The notes under the pieces: model-generated | Database searches by the model: none | The model's input: only the letters and a program-made list of their open reading frames with translations | What the model was told of the DNA's origin: nothing | Shown: piece by piece, positions 9,031 to 18,621 of the stretch | Position numbering within the stretch: position 1 is the first letter of the stretch | Layout: each line of letters opens with the position of its first letter | Position numbers and translations under genes: made by a program | IMG/VR virus record: IMGVR_UViG_3300022602_000115 | Location: 1 to 56,938 of that record | DNA: 56,938 nt | Reading direction: 5' to 3' (one strand) | DNA from: a virus | Lineage: Duplodnaviria; Caudoviricetes

Positions 9031-9675
9031 TTATTCTTTTATGTTTATGTTTAAAATTACTCTGCGTTCTGTGTTAACAGGAACACCTGCCGTATGATAC
9101 TGCATTCCATCAAACATCACCAATCTGTTTGCCTTTGGTGTTACTGTTTGTTTTACGGTGAATCCTTCTTTAATAAACTGATTGCCATAAAGTATTAATT
9201 CTTCTTGAGTAGTGTTATCAGTTAACTGCTCGATCTTAATATCCAATGGTTTTTGAACCTGATCAAAAATTCTTGTGTCGCCATCACTATCATTCATGTA
9301 GAACACAACAGTTTTGTTTGGCCATGTCGCATCAATGTGTGGTATGTTGTATTTCTCGGCACCAATTCCTGGCTTTGGCCATTTCATTGCTGCTCTAACT
9401 CTATAAAGATTGTCCTCTGTATATCCAAGTATTGCCATGATACGAAGAAGATATGGATACAGAACCTTGTACTCATTGCTTAGGTAATTACGTTCTCTAT
9501 CAACAATAACATTGTGGCATGCATCTGTCTCAACAGCATTTGGATCATTGACAGATATCCATGGTGGCACTGAGATCTGAGGCATGTAAAACCATGGCAT
9601 CTTTGGACCGAGAATCATCTTTTGTAAGTCAGAGAAATCCTCATCGGTAAACACATTGTCAAGAACAGTTATCAT
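9031..9675 (-). CDS. Putative 2OG-Fe(II) oxygenase
   Basis: PHID, FYMNDSDGDT, FDGMQYH, RRVILNIN. Confidence 0.8.
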   Translation of the reverse strand: MITVLDNVFTDEDFSDLQKMILGPKMPWFYMPQISVPPWISVNDPNAVETDACHNVIVDRERNYLSNEYKVLYPYLLRIMAILGYTEDNLYRVRAAMKWPKPGIGAEKYNIPHIDATWPNKTVVFYMNDSDGDTRIFDQVQKPLDIKIEQLTDNTTQEELILYGNQFIKEGFTVKQTVTPKANRLVMFDGMQYHTAGVPVNTERRVILNINIKE

Positions 9676-10789
9676 CGGTAAAGTCGTTTTTCAAATTATA
9701 GTATTGATCGTTTGGTATAGTATACCCGAAATTTTTTTGTTTGTCAAGCCAAACAAAGGGTTTCTTTCTTCTTACTGCAGAACCAAGAGAACCCTGTTTC
9801 TTCTTCTCTTTGTAGTACTGTTCATCTTTGTTGTATTCGTAGATGTACTCTTTCTGAACAAACTTGTATGTGTTTATTGTGTCTTTGATAATAGAATCTC
9901 TATTGTTCATTGACCATAATTGAAATTCATCATTACAAAAGAAAGTTGTATATCCAGTCTCAAACTCAATTTCCTTTGGGTTTGATACAAATCCAAGCAT
10001 TCTACTGTAACATGACTGCCATTTTGTGCAAAGTATGTGCCACCAAAGAATGTCTTGGATATTGTTTATTGGTATCGGACATGACGCAGATGTCTTATCA
10101 AAGATATTATATACAAATTCTGCAGATTTCTTATTTTTGTAGTCTGGAATGGCATAATCAAAATAATCAATTAGCATTCCTTTAGTATACTCTAATGGTC
10201 GTTCAGTTTCTTTTATTCCAATATTCTTATAATCCATAAAATCAAATATGATATTCGGCATGAACAACTGATCAGCCTGTTCTCCACTGATGAGGAGATA
10301 ATCTTTTGATGTTATGTACAATGTGTAGTTAAAAGATGGAACGCATGTTAACTTTTTTGATATATGGTCATAGTAGAAATTTCTGTTTTCATTTATGCTA
10401 TCTTCGTTCATCAGAACAACAACATCTTTCAACTGTTCTTCTGTCAAATTTTTAAGAAAAGCAGTTACGATTAGAGAAGAATCTATTCCACCACTATACA
10501 TTATAGCAATCTTTTTGTTGTTGGATTTTGCTCTTTCATACAATTCTATGACTCGTTCGTCACAAATCTGAGAGAACGATTTATCCATTTTCCTGTACAC
10601 TGGTAGACTCAGATGCGGCATTAATTCATATTTTAATGGTATCTTAACAGCTTCTGTTCTATCATAGTAGACATAATTTCCACCAAGAATATAAAACAAA
10701 TACGAGAAGTTTTTACCTCCTGGTATCTTCTCAAAGTTTTCTTGCTTTCTAAAACAATCAACGCTGTTATAATATATTAGGTTACTCAT
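9659..10789 (-). CDS. PP-loop N-type ATP pyrophosphatase, asparagine-synthetase C-terminal-like
   Basis: MYSGGIDS PP-loop and ISGEQADQLF (GEGADELF-like); no glutaminase domain. Confidence 0.75.
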   Translation of the reverse strand: MSNLIYYNSVDCFRKQENFEKIPGGKNFSYLFYILGGNYVYYDRTEAVKIPLKYELMPHLSLPVYRKMDKSFSQICDERVIELYERAKSNNKKIAIMYSGGIDSSLIVTAFLKNLTEEQLKDVVVLMNEDSINENRNFYYDHISKKLTCVPSFNYTLYITSKDYLLISGEQADQLFMPNIIFDFMDYKNIGIKETERPLEYTKGMLIDYFDYAIPDYKNKKSAEFVYNIFDKTSASCPIPINNIQDILWWHILCTKWQSCYSRMLGFVSNPKEIEFETGYTTFFCNDEFQLWSMNNRDSIIKDTINTYKFVQKEYIYEYNKDEQYYKEKKKQGSLGSAVRRKKPFVWLDKQKNFGYTIPNDQYYNLKNDFTDDNCS

Positions 10790-11535
10790 AAAACACCAAA
10801 TCTAGAGTACCCATATAATTCATTCATTAGATCATGCTCGATGGTTCTGAAGTTAGACATGTCTGTTTCTTCTCTGACAATTCTACTGTATTTTAGTCTT
10901 AGATACTCTAACTCGCTTAGATGTGTGAAGTCATTCTTTATTTGAAAACTCAGTTCTTTGGTTGCATCTTGTAAAGAAATATTTCTATCTCTAGCATATG
11001 CTGAAACAAGAGGATAATTGTTCAGTGAATCTTCTTGAATATTGTTCGTAATTATTTTATTAATCTCATCCAATTTTCCAATCAACATGTACTGTTCGTA
11101 TGGTAATTTATGTGTTAGGCGTGCTTGATTGTTACAGATGGTATTGTTTATACTGTCAATCAACTTCAATTTCTGGTTCATAAAAATTAAATAATCGATC
11201 TGCTCTGTTCCACTAAAATTTAAATCAACACCCCATGTTTCTTTTGATCTATCATATTTGACAGTCCATATTTTAAAATTTGGGACATTAAAATCTGTAT
11301 TTTGCCTTGGAGAACCAAAAAAAAATCTTTCAGATGTATTGTGGTCTAACAGAGATTGTATTGAAAGGAAAGATTTGGCGACACCAATTACTCTAGAAGA
11401 TGCTGTATGCATCAATATCGGGATTACTCCATGACGATCTGAAATGTGAACCATGTAATTCTGATTGTCAACAAAATTGTTTTTATGTTTGTCAACAATA
11501 GCATCGATTTCATACATTTCCATATTATTCTCCAA
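10786..11535 (-). CDS. Hypothetical protein
   Basis: 249-aa ORF overlapping both neighbours. Confidence 0.75.
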   Translation of the reverse strand: MENNMEMYEIDAIVDKHKNNFVDNQNYMVHISDRHGVIPILMHTASSRVIGVAKSFLSIQSLLDHNTSERFFFGSPRQNTDFNVPNFKIWTVKYDRSKETWGVDLNFSGTEQIDYLIFMNQKLKLIDSINNTICNNQARLTHKLPYEQYMLIGKLDEINKIITNNIQEDSLNNYPLVSAYARDRNISLQDATKELSFQIKNDFTHLSELEYLRLKYSRIVREETDMSNFRTIEHDLMNELYGYSRFGVL

Positions 11536-12364
11536 TGAATTTAATCATGGCATCTCTTGTAAGATTAGAGTTGTTCTCCCACATAGAAAAATGCGTACTG
11601 TTTGGTATAACAACACTCTTGTGATGTGGGAACATCTGTTTAAATCTGTTGTCACAAACAGGAGAAGATTTAATTTCAACATCATACTCACCAACAATTC
11701 GTAGAACAGGAATATTTGGGTTTGATTGGATGTCGTGTTTCCTATAAAAACAATAATACGTCATTATGTCTTGTGCTGTTTGGTATGGAGCTTTCCAAGA
11801 CTGTCCTGAAATTTGTTTTACGCTATCAATCCATCCAGCAATTTTGTTAGATTGCGGTATGAGCTTGTCGCTAATGTTTTTAATTCTGTTCTCTAATAAG
11901 GATTCAAAATCAACTTCCATTACCTGTTTAGAGATTTCATAATCAGGAAAAAACTGCCCATTTGGTCTTTGACGTATCAAAGGGCTGTGTACAATAATCT
12001 TATTAAAGTATCCATTATGCCCAGCTATCAGCGCTGGGGCAGTTGATGTAGAGAATCCAAACACAACTTTATTTTCATATGGTTTAATCATCTGGTTTAC
12101 AACAGCAGTAATCTGATTCGCGTACTCAATTCTATTATAATTCTTAAAGACAGTACTTTTCCCATACCCATGAGGATCAAATAAAATTACATCAACACCT
12201 GCTTTCATAAAATAATCAACATGTGTTGAACCATCTGGTAATTTGAATTCCCAGAATGCTCTTGGTGTTAAGGATTGTCCTGGTAGAAGAACCAGTAAAT
12301 TTGAATTACCTTCTGATTGGTAATATTTGTAGTATGTTCCGTTTAGATGGTGTTCTGTAACCAT
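11525..12364 (-). CDS. Alpha/beta hydrolase
   Basis: LLPG, FDPHGYGKS, GFSTS nucleophile elbow, GEYD, THF. Confidence 0.8.
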   Translation of the reverse strand: MVTEHHLNGTYYKYYQSEGNSNLLVLLPGQSLTPRAFWEFKLPDGSTHVDYFMKAGVDVILFDPHGYGKSTVFKNYNRIEYANQITAVVNQMIKPYENKVVFGFSTSTAPALIAGHNGYFNKIIVHSPLIRQRPNGQFFPDYEISKQVMEVDFESLLENRIKNISDKLIPQSNKIAGWIDSVKQISGQSWKAPYQTAQDIMTYYCFYRKHDIQSNPNIPVLRIVGEYDVEIKSSPVCDNRFKQMFPHHKSVVIPNSTHFSMWENNSNLTRDAMIKFIGE

Positions 12365-13170
12365 GTTATAATTTCACTTTCATTAAAATATTTGTTTTCA
12401 AAACATGATACATTTATAACATTACCAGCTGTTGATGTTAGAAACATAGCATCGCAGTTCTCAATATCGTCAGCAGAAATTGCTGCCCAATTAAAATTTT
12501 TGTTATTGAACGCACACAACTGCTCAACCTGATTCATAACTGTTCCATCTAATCTGTTATGCTTAGGTGCGTAGATAATTTCATCTTTAACAATTGCAAC
12601 ATTAAATCCTGGACCTTCAGTTAAGAATCCTCTCGAATCTAATAGAACAGCAGTGTCATATCCACGATCAATTGCTTCCCATTGTGCAAGTGTTAAATCA
12701 TTCCAGGCGAAATTTTTCATACGCTGATCGAATGATGTATTGCGTTGCTGTTTCGACAAGCAAACAGTTGCTGTATTGTTTCTATTAAAACCAAAATATG
12801 GTTTCATATACGCATAGAAGTTTGGTTCGCAACTCTCAAGATCACGAGGATTGCCTGATTTTGGGATACCACGTGTAACTGCAATCCAAACAAGTAAGTC
12901 TTGCGGATATGTTGAGTCCAATTTAGCAAGCATTACTCGAAGTATTGCTTCAATGTCTTCATATGCATATTTAATTGGTATTCTCCATCCCTTACAACTA
13001 TTGATGAATCTTTTAATGTGCGCATCAAGATTAACAAACTCTCTGTCTTTAACAGCAAGAACATCATACGTTGCGTCAGAATGGATGAAACCAAGATCAA
13101 GAATAGAGATCTTTAAATCTTCAACCTTACAAAATTCATTGTTGGTGAAGGCAGGATAATTAAGCATCAA
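12343..13170 (-). CDS. PLP-dependent fold-type IV aminotransferase, (R)-amine transaminase-like
   Basis: DLGFIHSDATYDV, VTRG, KNFAWNDL (catalytic Lys), LTEGPGFN, STAG. Confidence 0.88.
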   Translation of the reverse strand: MMLNYPAFTNNEFCKVEDLKISILDLGFIHSDATYDVLAVKDREFVNLDAHIKRFINSCKGWRIPIKYAYEDIEAILRVMLAKLDSTYPQDLLVWIAVTRGIPKSGNPRDLESCEPNFYAYMKPYFGFNRNNTATVCLSKQQRNTSFDQRMKNFAWNDLTLAQWEAIDRGYDTAVLLDSRGFLTEGPGFNVAIVKDEIIYAPKHNRLDGTVMNQVEQLCAFNNKNFNWAAISADDIENCDAMFLTSTAGNVINVSCFENKYFNESEIITWLQNTI

Positions 13171-13780
13171 CCAGTCCTTTGTCTTTTAGAAATAAAATAA
13201 ACTGTTCATAGTCTTTAAATTGTTTTGTCATATCCAAAATCAGTCCAATTCGTAAGCCTTGTATGTTGTTTACACTATGGATCTCATCATGGTTGAATGT
13301 ATGCCAGCAATGTTGCTCCATCTCATAAGAGAAATATTCAGTAACATCTTGTGGGCGATATACGGTAGATACAAATGGTTCTTCAGTAGTTTTATAGAAT
13401 TTAGTAACAGAAGGTTTATTATCGCTCATCAAATAATAGAGAGAACATTTACGATGACCTCCATCAGTATGAATAAACGAATCTTTACTTTCAATAACCT
13501 GAACATACATGCTATTGATTATTGGAAGATCTAAAGTATTACGAACTACATTCTGTAATGTAACATCAAATCCCTGAGAACGATGTTGTGGTATATGATC
13601 AAATCCATATAGTTGTTTAAGAGTCTCTATACGATCAGATGTTATACCTTCCTCATAGTATTTTTGTCCAATAGTTCCATTGTTATACTTAAATGATTCA
13701 TACTGCGAAGCAACAACAATCAATTTATGTTCTAGTTCGTCGGAGATTCTAGGTAAGTTTACTTTGTAAATTGGATGCAT
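13160..13780 (-). CDS. Putative 2OG-Fe(II)/cupin oxygenase
   Basis: IHTD...IHSV...RIGL arrangement. Confidence 0.65.
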   Translation of the reverse strand: MHPIYKVNLPRISDELEHKLIVVASQYESFKYNNGTIGQKYYEEGITSDRIETLKQLYGFDHIPQHRSQGFDVTLQNVVRNTLDLPIINSMYVQVIESKDSFIHTDGGHRKCSLYYLMSDNKPSVTKFYKTTEEPFVSTVYRPQDVTEYFSYEMEQHCWHTFNHDEIHSVNNIQGLRIGLILDMTKQFKDYEQFILFLKDKGLVDA

Positions 13781-14022
13781 TTTAATATAGGATCTTCAGG
13801 ATGATCTGTTTTAAGTTTAATGATATAATCCACCATCTTTTCTATAACATAGAAACCAACAAGCTGTGGAACAAATGCGTGTATGAGCATTAAACATGCC
13901 CAAACAAGTAGAGTAAAGCAAAGGTGTATTGCCCAGTACATATGTGTAAAGTAAAACAATATTTTATTCTGTTTCATTTTAGAATATGACATTGCTTTAT
14001 CTAGATGATCTTTCTGCATCAT
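13759..14022 (-). CDS. Small membrane protein (DUF6356-like)
   Basis: YFTHM...LIHAFVP motif. Confidence 0.55.
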   Translation of the reverse strand: MMQKDHLDKAMSYSKMKQNKILFYFTHMYWAIHLCFTLLVWACLMLIHAFVPQLVGFYVIEKMVDYIIKLKTDHPEDPILKCIQFTK

Positions 14023-14615
14023 ATAAAATTGTAGTTTATTATTGATCTGATTCCATCTTGAGATACACCCGTAGAATGAAATTGATCATGATTGAAGAGA
14101 ATAATTCTACCTTTTTTCGGTTCAACTATTTTATCAACTTCCATCTCATAATTATTAATCTGTTCATTGGATAGATTTTTTTCTCTAGCTGTTTGATATG
14201 TTTCTTTATAAAACACAGTTGGACCAGTAGATTCGTTTACATAATATACTGCTACTTTAAATTCATCAGTACCGTATTGTTCCGGAAGAGCATCTAAATG
14301 TGGTGTAAGAGCAGTTCTGGTTTCGTGTTTTAATGCATGATGCAGAGTTGCTCTTACTTTAAAAATTTTTCTTGGATTAAATTTTTCTATCGGTTTGAGG
14401 AAAATATCATAAGATGGATCTACTAATGTATTATTGTTTGCTCGAACTATCTCAAAAAAGAATGATGGAGATGATATTTCTTTAGTTAGTGGTGGTATTC
14501 TTTTTGGTGTGTTATATCCTCGATGATACACCCATCTTGGTTTATCAGATCCAAGAACAAGATCTTCAATAAGATCTTGGGTTTCTTTATCAACTACATC
14601 ATCTATAATTTGCAT
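14019..14615 (-). CDS. Putative 2OG-Fe(II) oxygenase
   Basis: PHLD, VYYVNESTGPT, PKKGRIILF, FHST, RSIINYN. Confidence 0.8.
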   Translation of the reverse strand: MQIIDDVVDKETQDLIEDLVLGSDKPRWVYHRGYNTPKRIPPLTKEISSPSFFFEIVRANNNTLVDPSYDIFLKPIEKFNPRKIFKVRATLHHALKHETRTALTPHLDALPEQYGTDEFKVAVYYVNESTGPTVFYKETYQTAREKNLSNEQINNYEMEVDKIVEPKKGRIILFNHDQFHSTGVSQDGIRSIINYNFI

Positions 14616-15235
14616 TATTTCTCGCAGTAGAATGTTGTAAATCCAAGAGAAGAATTAATCATTTGAACATTTTTAAATCCCATGATGCTAAGAGTATAAT
14701 AATACCAACCAAAATCCTCAGTCTTCATTATACCCTGTAGCTGTTTTTCTTTATTGAATATGTATTCATCAGAAACACCATTGTCTCTCTTGAAGTCATA
14801 GTAAAGATCTTTTACCATTGTCGATTGGTTCGTTTTATCAGTTAAAATAAACACACCATCGTCATTCAGATTATCATATATGTCTTTAAGATATGCGTAC
14901 TTGTTTTTGATAAAATGTAATGTCCAATTCATCATGATCATGTCCGCTTTTAAATTTGGATATGTTTCAGAAAGAATAATGTTTTCTTTAAACAAAGAAG
15001 CATCTCTCATCGCTGCACTAGACTCAACACCCCATACATTTGTAAATCCATTGGCTTTAAATTGGTACATTGTTTCACCGAGAGCAGAACCAATATCTAC
15101 AATAGTGGCATCGAGGGGTAAACCCTTTCGCTCAGCAATACTACAACACAATTCTATTACACGCTGATAATCTGGAATGTGATTGTGTGCTTCCTTTTCA
15201 AATCTAGAAGCAACAGTTTTATCAAACTCCCACAT
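14615..15235 (-). CDS. CmoA-like SAM-dependent enzyme (carboxy-SAM synthase family)
   Basis: WEFDKTVA..F, IPDY, DIGSALG, NWTLHFI, LTDK and YDFKRDNG align with CmoA motifs. Confidence 0.8.
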   Translation of the reverse strand: MWEFDKTVASRFEKEAHNHIPDYQRVIELCCSIAERKGLPLDATIVDIGSALGETMYQFKANGFTNVWGVESSAAMRDASLFKENIILSETYPNLKADMIMMNWTLHFIKNKYAYLKDIYDNLNDDGVFILTDKTNQSTMVKDLYYDFKRDNGVSDEYIFNKEKQLQGIMKTEDFGWYYYTLSIMGFKNVQMINSSLGFTTFYCEK

Positions 15236-15929
15236 ATATTGATTCCTCTAATGTTTGTACTTTATCTAAACCTCTTTTATATCTAGCAATGAATCTATCG
15301 CTTCCTGTCTTAGAATTGTAAGCATCATGGCCATGAACAAATGGTTTTGGGTATAGGTTAGCATCCAAAGAAAAACCATTACATTGCATCAAGAGATCTA
15401 TTGCTGGTCTGTTTGGCATAAGCTGAAGACCATTGAATGGTTTATTCACATCATTATGGTTTATCATATTGCCAGCGGTAAGAGCAATTGAGGGTGTATC
15501 TCCATTTATAAGATGGGTTTCAATTATAACATAATCCCTTGCTTTGGAGCATATCTTTTGAATAAACCCAATCAGATCGAAGGTGCCATGAATAACTCCA
15601 GCGGCAATTACGATGTCGTAACTGTCAGAAGTGTTACCTAGGAATTTGTAAATTTGAGCATTATCATACTGCTCTAGAAGATGCTTCGCTTTCTCTTTGT
15701 ATTCCTGTTGGATCTCAACACCATCATACAGATATGCACCATTCTCCATACTCCATTTACCCATTGCGCCTAGTGCACAACCAACATCGAGAATTGATTT
15801 ATTTTTGATCAATTCTGGTGGCAGCATAACTTCGCATCTATTGGTAAGAGATTCGCTTGTTACTGTTACAGTTGCTCGATCCTTTCTTGGATCAAGGGAT
15901 ACAAATTCAGGATACTGATCAAACCACAT
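15222..15929 (-). CDS. Class I SAM-dependent transferase, CmoB-like
   Basis: KSILDVGCALG, YDIVIAAGVIH and VIIET resemble CmoB VLDVGCG/FDTVFSMGVLYH/LVLET. Confidence 0.7.
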   Translation of the reverse strand: MWFDQYPEFVSLDPRKDRATVTVTSESLTNRCEVMLPPELIKNKSILDVGCALGAMGKWSMENGAYLYDGVEIQQEYKEKAKHLLEQYDNAQIYKFLGNTSDSYDIVIAAGVIHGTFDLIGFIQKICSKARDYVIIETHLINGDTPSIALTAGNMINHNDVNKPFNGLQLMPNRPAIDLLMQCNGFSLDANLYPKPFVHGHDAYNSKTGSDRFIARYKRGLDKVQTLEESIYVGV

Positions 15930-16576
15930 TATCTTTTCTCAACATAAAAATTTTGAACTATTTTAGTTCCCTGTTTCTTTGTCATTTTAGAACTATTGAT
16001 AGTTCCAGCTTCCCATGAAACCATTCTGTTGAATACATTTGATATAACATCAGTGACATTAAACTGATTATGATACTCATTAAACAATTTTGTATATTCT
16101 TCAATATTAATTTTACCAGCGTTGTATGCGTTCTTTGGCGCCAAATAATTATTCAATGCTCTATCAAATAGTTCTTGTTGATTCCAATTCAACTCGGGTT
16201 TCGGTTCATAGAATGTTAATCCAGTTTCTTTGTCAGCATCATAAGAAAGAAATATCTGACCACACAATACCAAGTTAAAATCTTCAACTCTTAAATCACA
16301 TTGATTGTTATTTCTACCATCTATATGAGCACAGTATCGATTCAACTGCTCTATTGGATTATATCCATAAGAGGTAAAATATGTAGTGAGATTTAAATTG
16401 CTCGGTAAGTTATGTAATAGAAATATATTCTCTTTGAACTGCGAAAATAACAATGGATCTAGTTGTTCAAGTGGTAGACTTTTAAATCCAACACCACAAC
16501 CTGATCCATTAAAATTAGAATTGATAAGATTGAAGACACGCGAGGTATCTTCATAGAAATGATCAATTATTTTCAT
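15929..16576 (-). CDS. Divergent 2OG-Fe(II) oxygenase-like protein (DUF6445-like)
   Basis: IIDHFY, AHIDG, GQIFLS, NVFNRMV; distal His not evident. Confidence 0.55.
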   Translation of the reverse strand: MKIIDHFYEDTSRVFNLINSNFNGSGCGVGFKSLPLEQLDPLLFSQFKENIFLLHNLPSNLNLTTYFTSYGYNPIEQLNRYCAHIDGRNNNQCDLRVEDFNLVLCGQIFLSYDADKETGLTFYEPKPELNWNQQELFDRALNNYLAPKNAYNAGKINIEEYTKLFNEYHNQFNVTDVISNVFNRMVSWEAGTINSSKMTKKQGTKIVQNFYVEKR

Positions 16577-17154
16577 ACTATAAAATGATAATTTAGAACG
16601 GCTCTTACATCTTTTTTAGGTTTACCTACAGCATGATAGACGCTACCATCAAATATAATCAATCTACCTTTTTTGGGAGTTACTGTCGTTTCAACATCCA
16701 ACAAACCATTCATTACATTTACATGGGTAGTATTACTTGTTGTTTGTTTAAAAATATATGTATCACCATCTGAATCATTTACATAATAAACACCAACTCT
16801 ATATGGAGAATTTCTATACCCATCAATATGCGGTACTCCATATAGTTTATCCTTTTCTGTCAAAACAGGCAACTGTAATTGAGCACGTATTTGCAGAATA
16901 GTTTTTGCTATATTTTTTACAGGGGTTGAATATAATTCAATGTTCGGATCTGATTCTGGTTGGTTCTGAGGGTCCATCATCAGATTAGTAAATGACATCA
17001 AAGAATTTTTCTGAGTTTCATTTACTTCTGGATTAGTACCATCATAAAACACAGTACGTGCAAAAATCCACTTAGTATTCTTACTAAAAATGGATTTTTC
17101 TATTTCGTCCTGTGTTTTCTTATCAACTACATCATCAATAATAACTAGAGACAT
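16573..17154 (-). CDS. Putative 2OG-Fe(II) oxygenase
   Basis: PHIDG, VYYVNDSDGDT, PKKGRLIIFDG, YHA, RAVLNY. Confidence 0.8.
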   Translation of the reverse strand: MSLVIIDDVVDKKTQDEIEKSIFSKNTKWIFARTVFYDGTNPEVNETQKNSLMSFTNLMMDPQNQPESDPNIELYSTPVKNIAKTILQIRAQLQLPVLTEKDKLYGVPHIDGYRNSPYRVGVYYVNDSDGDTYIFKQTTSNTTHVNVMNGLLDVETTVTPKKGRLIIFDGSVYHAVGKPKKDVRAVLNYHFIV

Positions 17155-17891
17155 TATGCTTCCAAATCTCCAGATGCTGTTCTACCAATATAATGGTCGT
17201 AATCTTTTAGAACCTGAACAAAATCATCATGCGTTCTATGGAGGTTTGAAATAATAGCAGTTCTTGTTCCATAGTGCATACCCATATCAACATTAGATGG
17301 TTCAACAAAGTGTAACAAATATCCTGGATGGATAATCATTAGCCCCTGTTCTACACGTACCTTCTTGAATGCTGTAAATTGATTAGTCCAATTTACACCA
17401 CCACGTGGGTCAACCATCATAAGGTTTCCTGGGTTTCTTTCATCAGCAGTAACATAAAGCATACCAACACCAAGTGTGTTACCATGTTTATGTGGGGTAA
17501 TTCTATACACATTATCTCCAGTCGTGTATCTGAAATATCCTTTTGATGCTGTAAATTTAGGAAGAGGCATTTCTGCCAATGGTCTATAATATTTCTCCAT
17601 CAACTCAAGCATCTTCAGCTTAACCTGAACCAATGAATCTGGCAGATCTGGTAACGACCAAATGTCTGTGTGATTAAAAGTTCCTGGAGCACCTGGTTTT
17701 AGAAGATACGCCATGTCTTCTCTTAATTTATCAATGAATTCATCAGTAAATGGTTTTGCCATAACAACTGGTGTTGGCCATAACATGTGACATTGCTCTT
17801 CACCATCAGCTGGCTTTTCTAGAATGGTAATGCTACCTTCTTTTCTTAGAGCAGTATCATCATCGTTGTCAGTGAACATCCTCATTTCCAT
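17154..17891 (-). CDS. Putative 2OG-Fe(II) oxygenase (TIGR02466-like)
   Basis: LWPTP, PHKH, GNL..VDPRG, LLHFVEP, RTAIISN. Confidence 0.75.
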   Translation of the reverse strand: MEMRMFTDNDDDTALRKEGSITILEKPADGEEQCHMLWPTPVVMAKPFTDEFIDKLREDMAYLLKPGAPGTFNHTDIWSLPDLPDSLVQVKLKMLELMEKYYRPLAEMPLPKFTASKGYFRYTTGDNVYRITPHKHGNTLGVGMLYVTADERNPGNLMMVDPRGGVNWTNQFTAFKKVRVEQGLMIIHPGYLLHFVEPSNVDMGMHYGTRTAIISNLHRTHDDFVQVLKDYDHYIGRTASGDLEA

Positions 17892-17902
17892 TTTCGTTTT
17901 CC

Positions 17903-18520
17903 TTATAGTGGTAACCAGTGATTAGTATTTAGATGAAATCCAGCATCGATTAAACTTTGTGCTGGAATTATATCAAATGCCAATGTGATTCTTGGGTAAT
18001 TATTTTTCCAGTCAGAAGATCTATGTAAATCTCCATTGCTTGGACCCATTACCAATAGATTGTTTTTACTCTGAACGTCAATGTCTCCATTAACATTCGG
18101 TATTCTATATGTAGTGTGCGACTCTGGCTCCGTTTCTAAACAGAAGAAGCCATGCCATGTTTTGTATTTGGATTCCCAGTGTCCATGCCAATTAATGTAC
18201 TCACCTGTATGGTAGTAATTAATCCAACACTGAATGAAATAATCGCCATATGGTTCTTCCGAATTCATATGGCGATTAGCTGCGTGAAAGGTATCTCGTA
18301 CCTCTGTGTATAGTTTATGTACCTCTGGTAGAGGATACATAAAGAGATTGTATTTTGAATATAATTCTAATTTTAATTGCGACTGGCCATTGAAATCTTC
18401 GCCTTTGGCAAATCTATCTTTAACATATTCGTATATTGTATTTACGGATTTGTTTAATGTAGGTAGATCAAGATCTAACTGCCTAGTGTACAAATAATTT
18501 TCTATTAAATTTAAGTGCAT
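17903..18520 (-). CDS. Putative 2OG-Fe(II) oxygenase; paralog of 40169..40762
   Basis: CWIN, WHGH, HGFF, GDLHRSS, RITLAFD. Confidence 0.75.
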   Translation of the reverse strand: MHLNLIENYLYTRQLDLDLPTLNKSVNTIYEYVKDRFAKGEDFNGQSQLKLELYSKYNLFMYPLPEVHKLYTEVRDTFHAANRHMNSEEPYGDYFIQCWINYYHTGEYINWHGHWESKYKTWHGFFCLETEPESHTTYRIPNVNGDIDVQSKNNLLVMGPSNGDLHRSSDWKNNYPRITLAFDIIPAQSLIDAGFHLNTNHWLPL

Positions 18521-18533
18521 AATTAACAATCAA

Positions 18534-18609
18534 TGGAGCGGGATAAGAGATTCGAACTCTCGACCTCGACGTTGGCAACGTTGTGCTCTACCAGCTGAGC
18601 TAATCCCGC
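18534..18609 (-). tRNA. tRNA-Gly(GCC)
   Basis: Cloverleaf, loop TTGCCAA, encoded CCA. Confidence 0.95.
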
Positions 18610-18621
18610 ATTATAATGTAT

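Noticed and set aside
9659-10789. Lasso peptide cyclase or QueC
   Set aside because: No lasso peptidase, RRE or precursor is visible, and the QueC C-terminal Cys zinc motif is absent; only the generic PP-loop call is supported.
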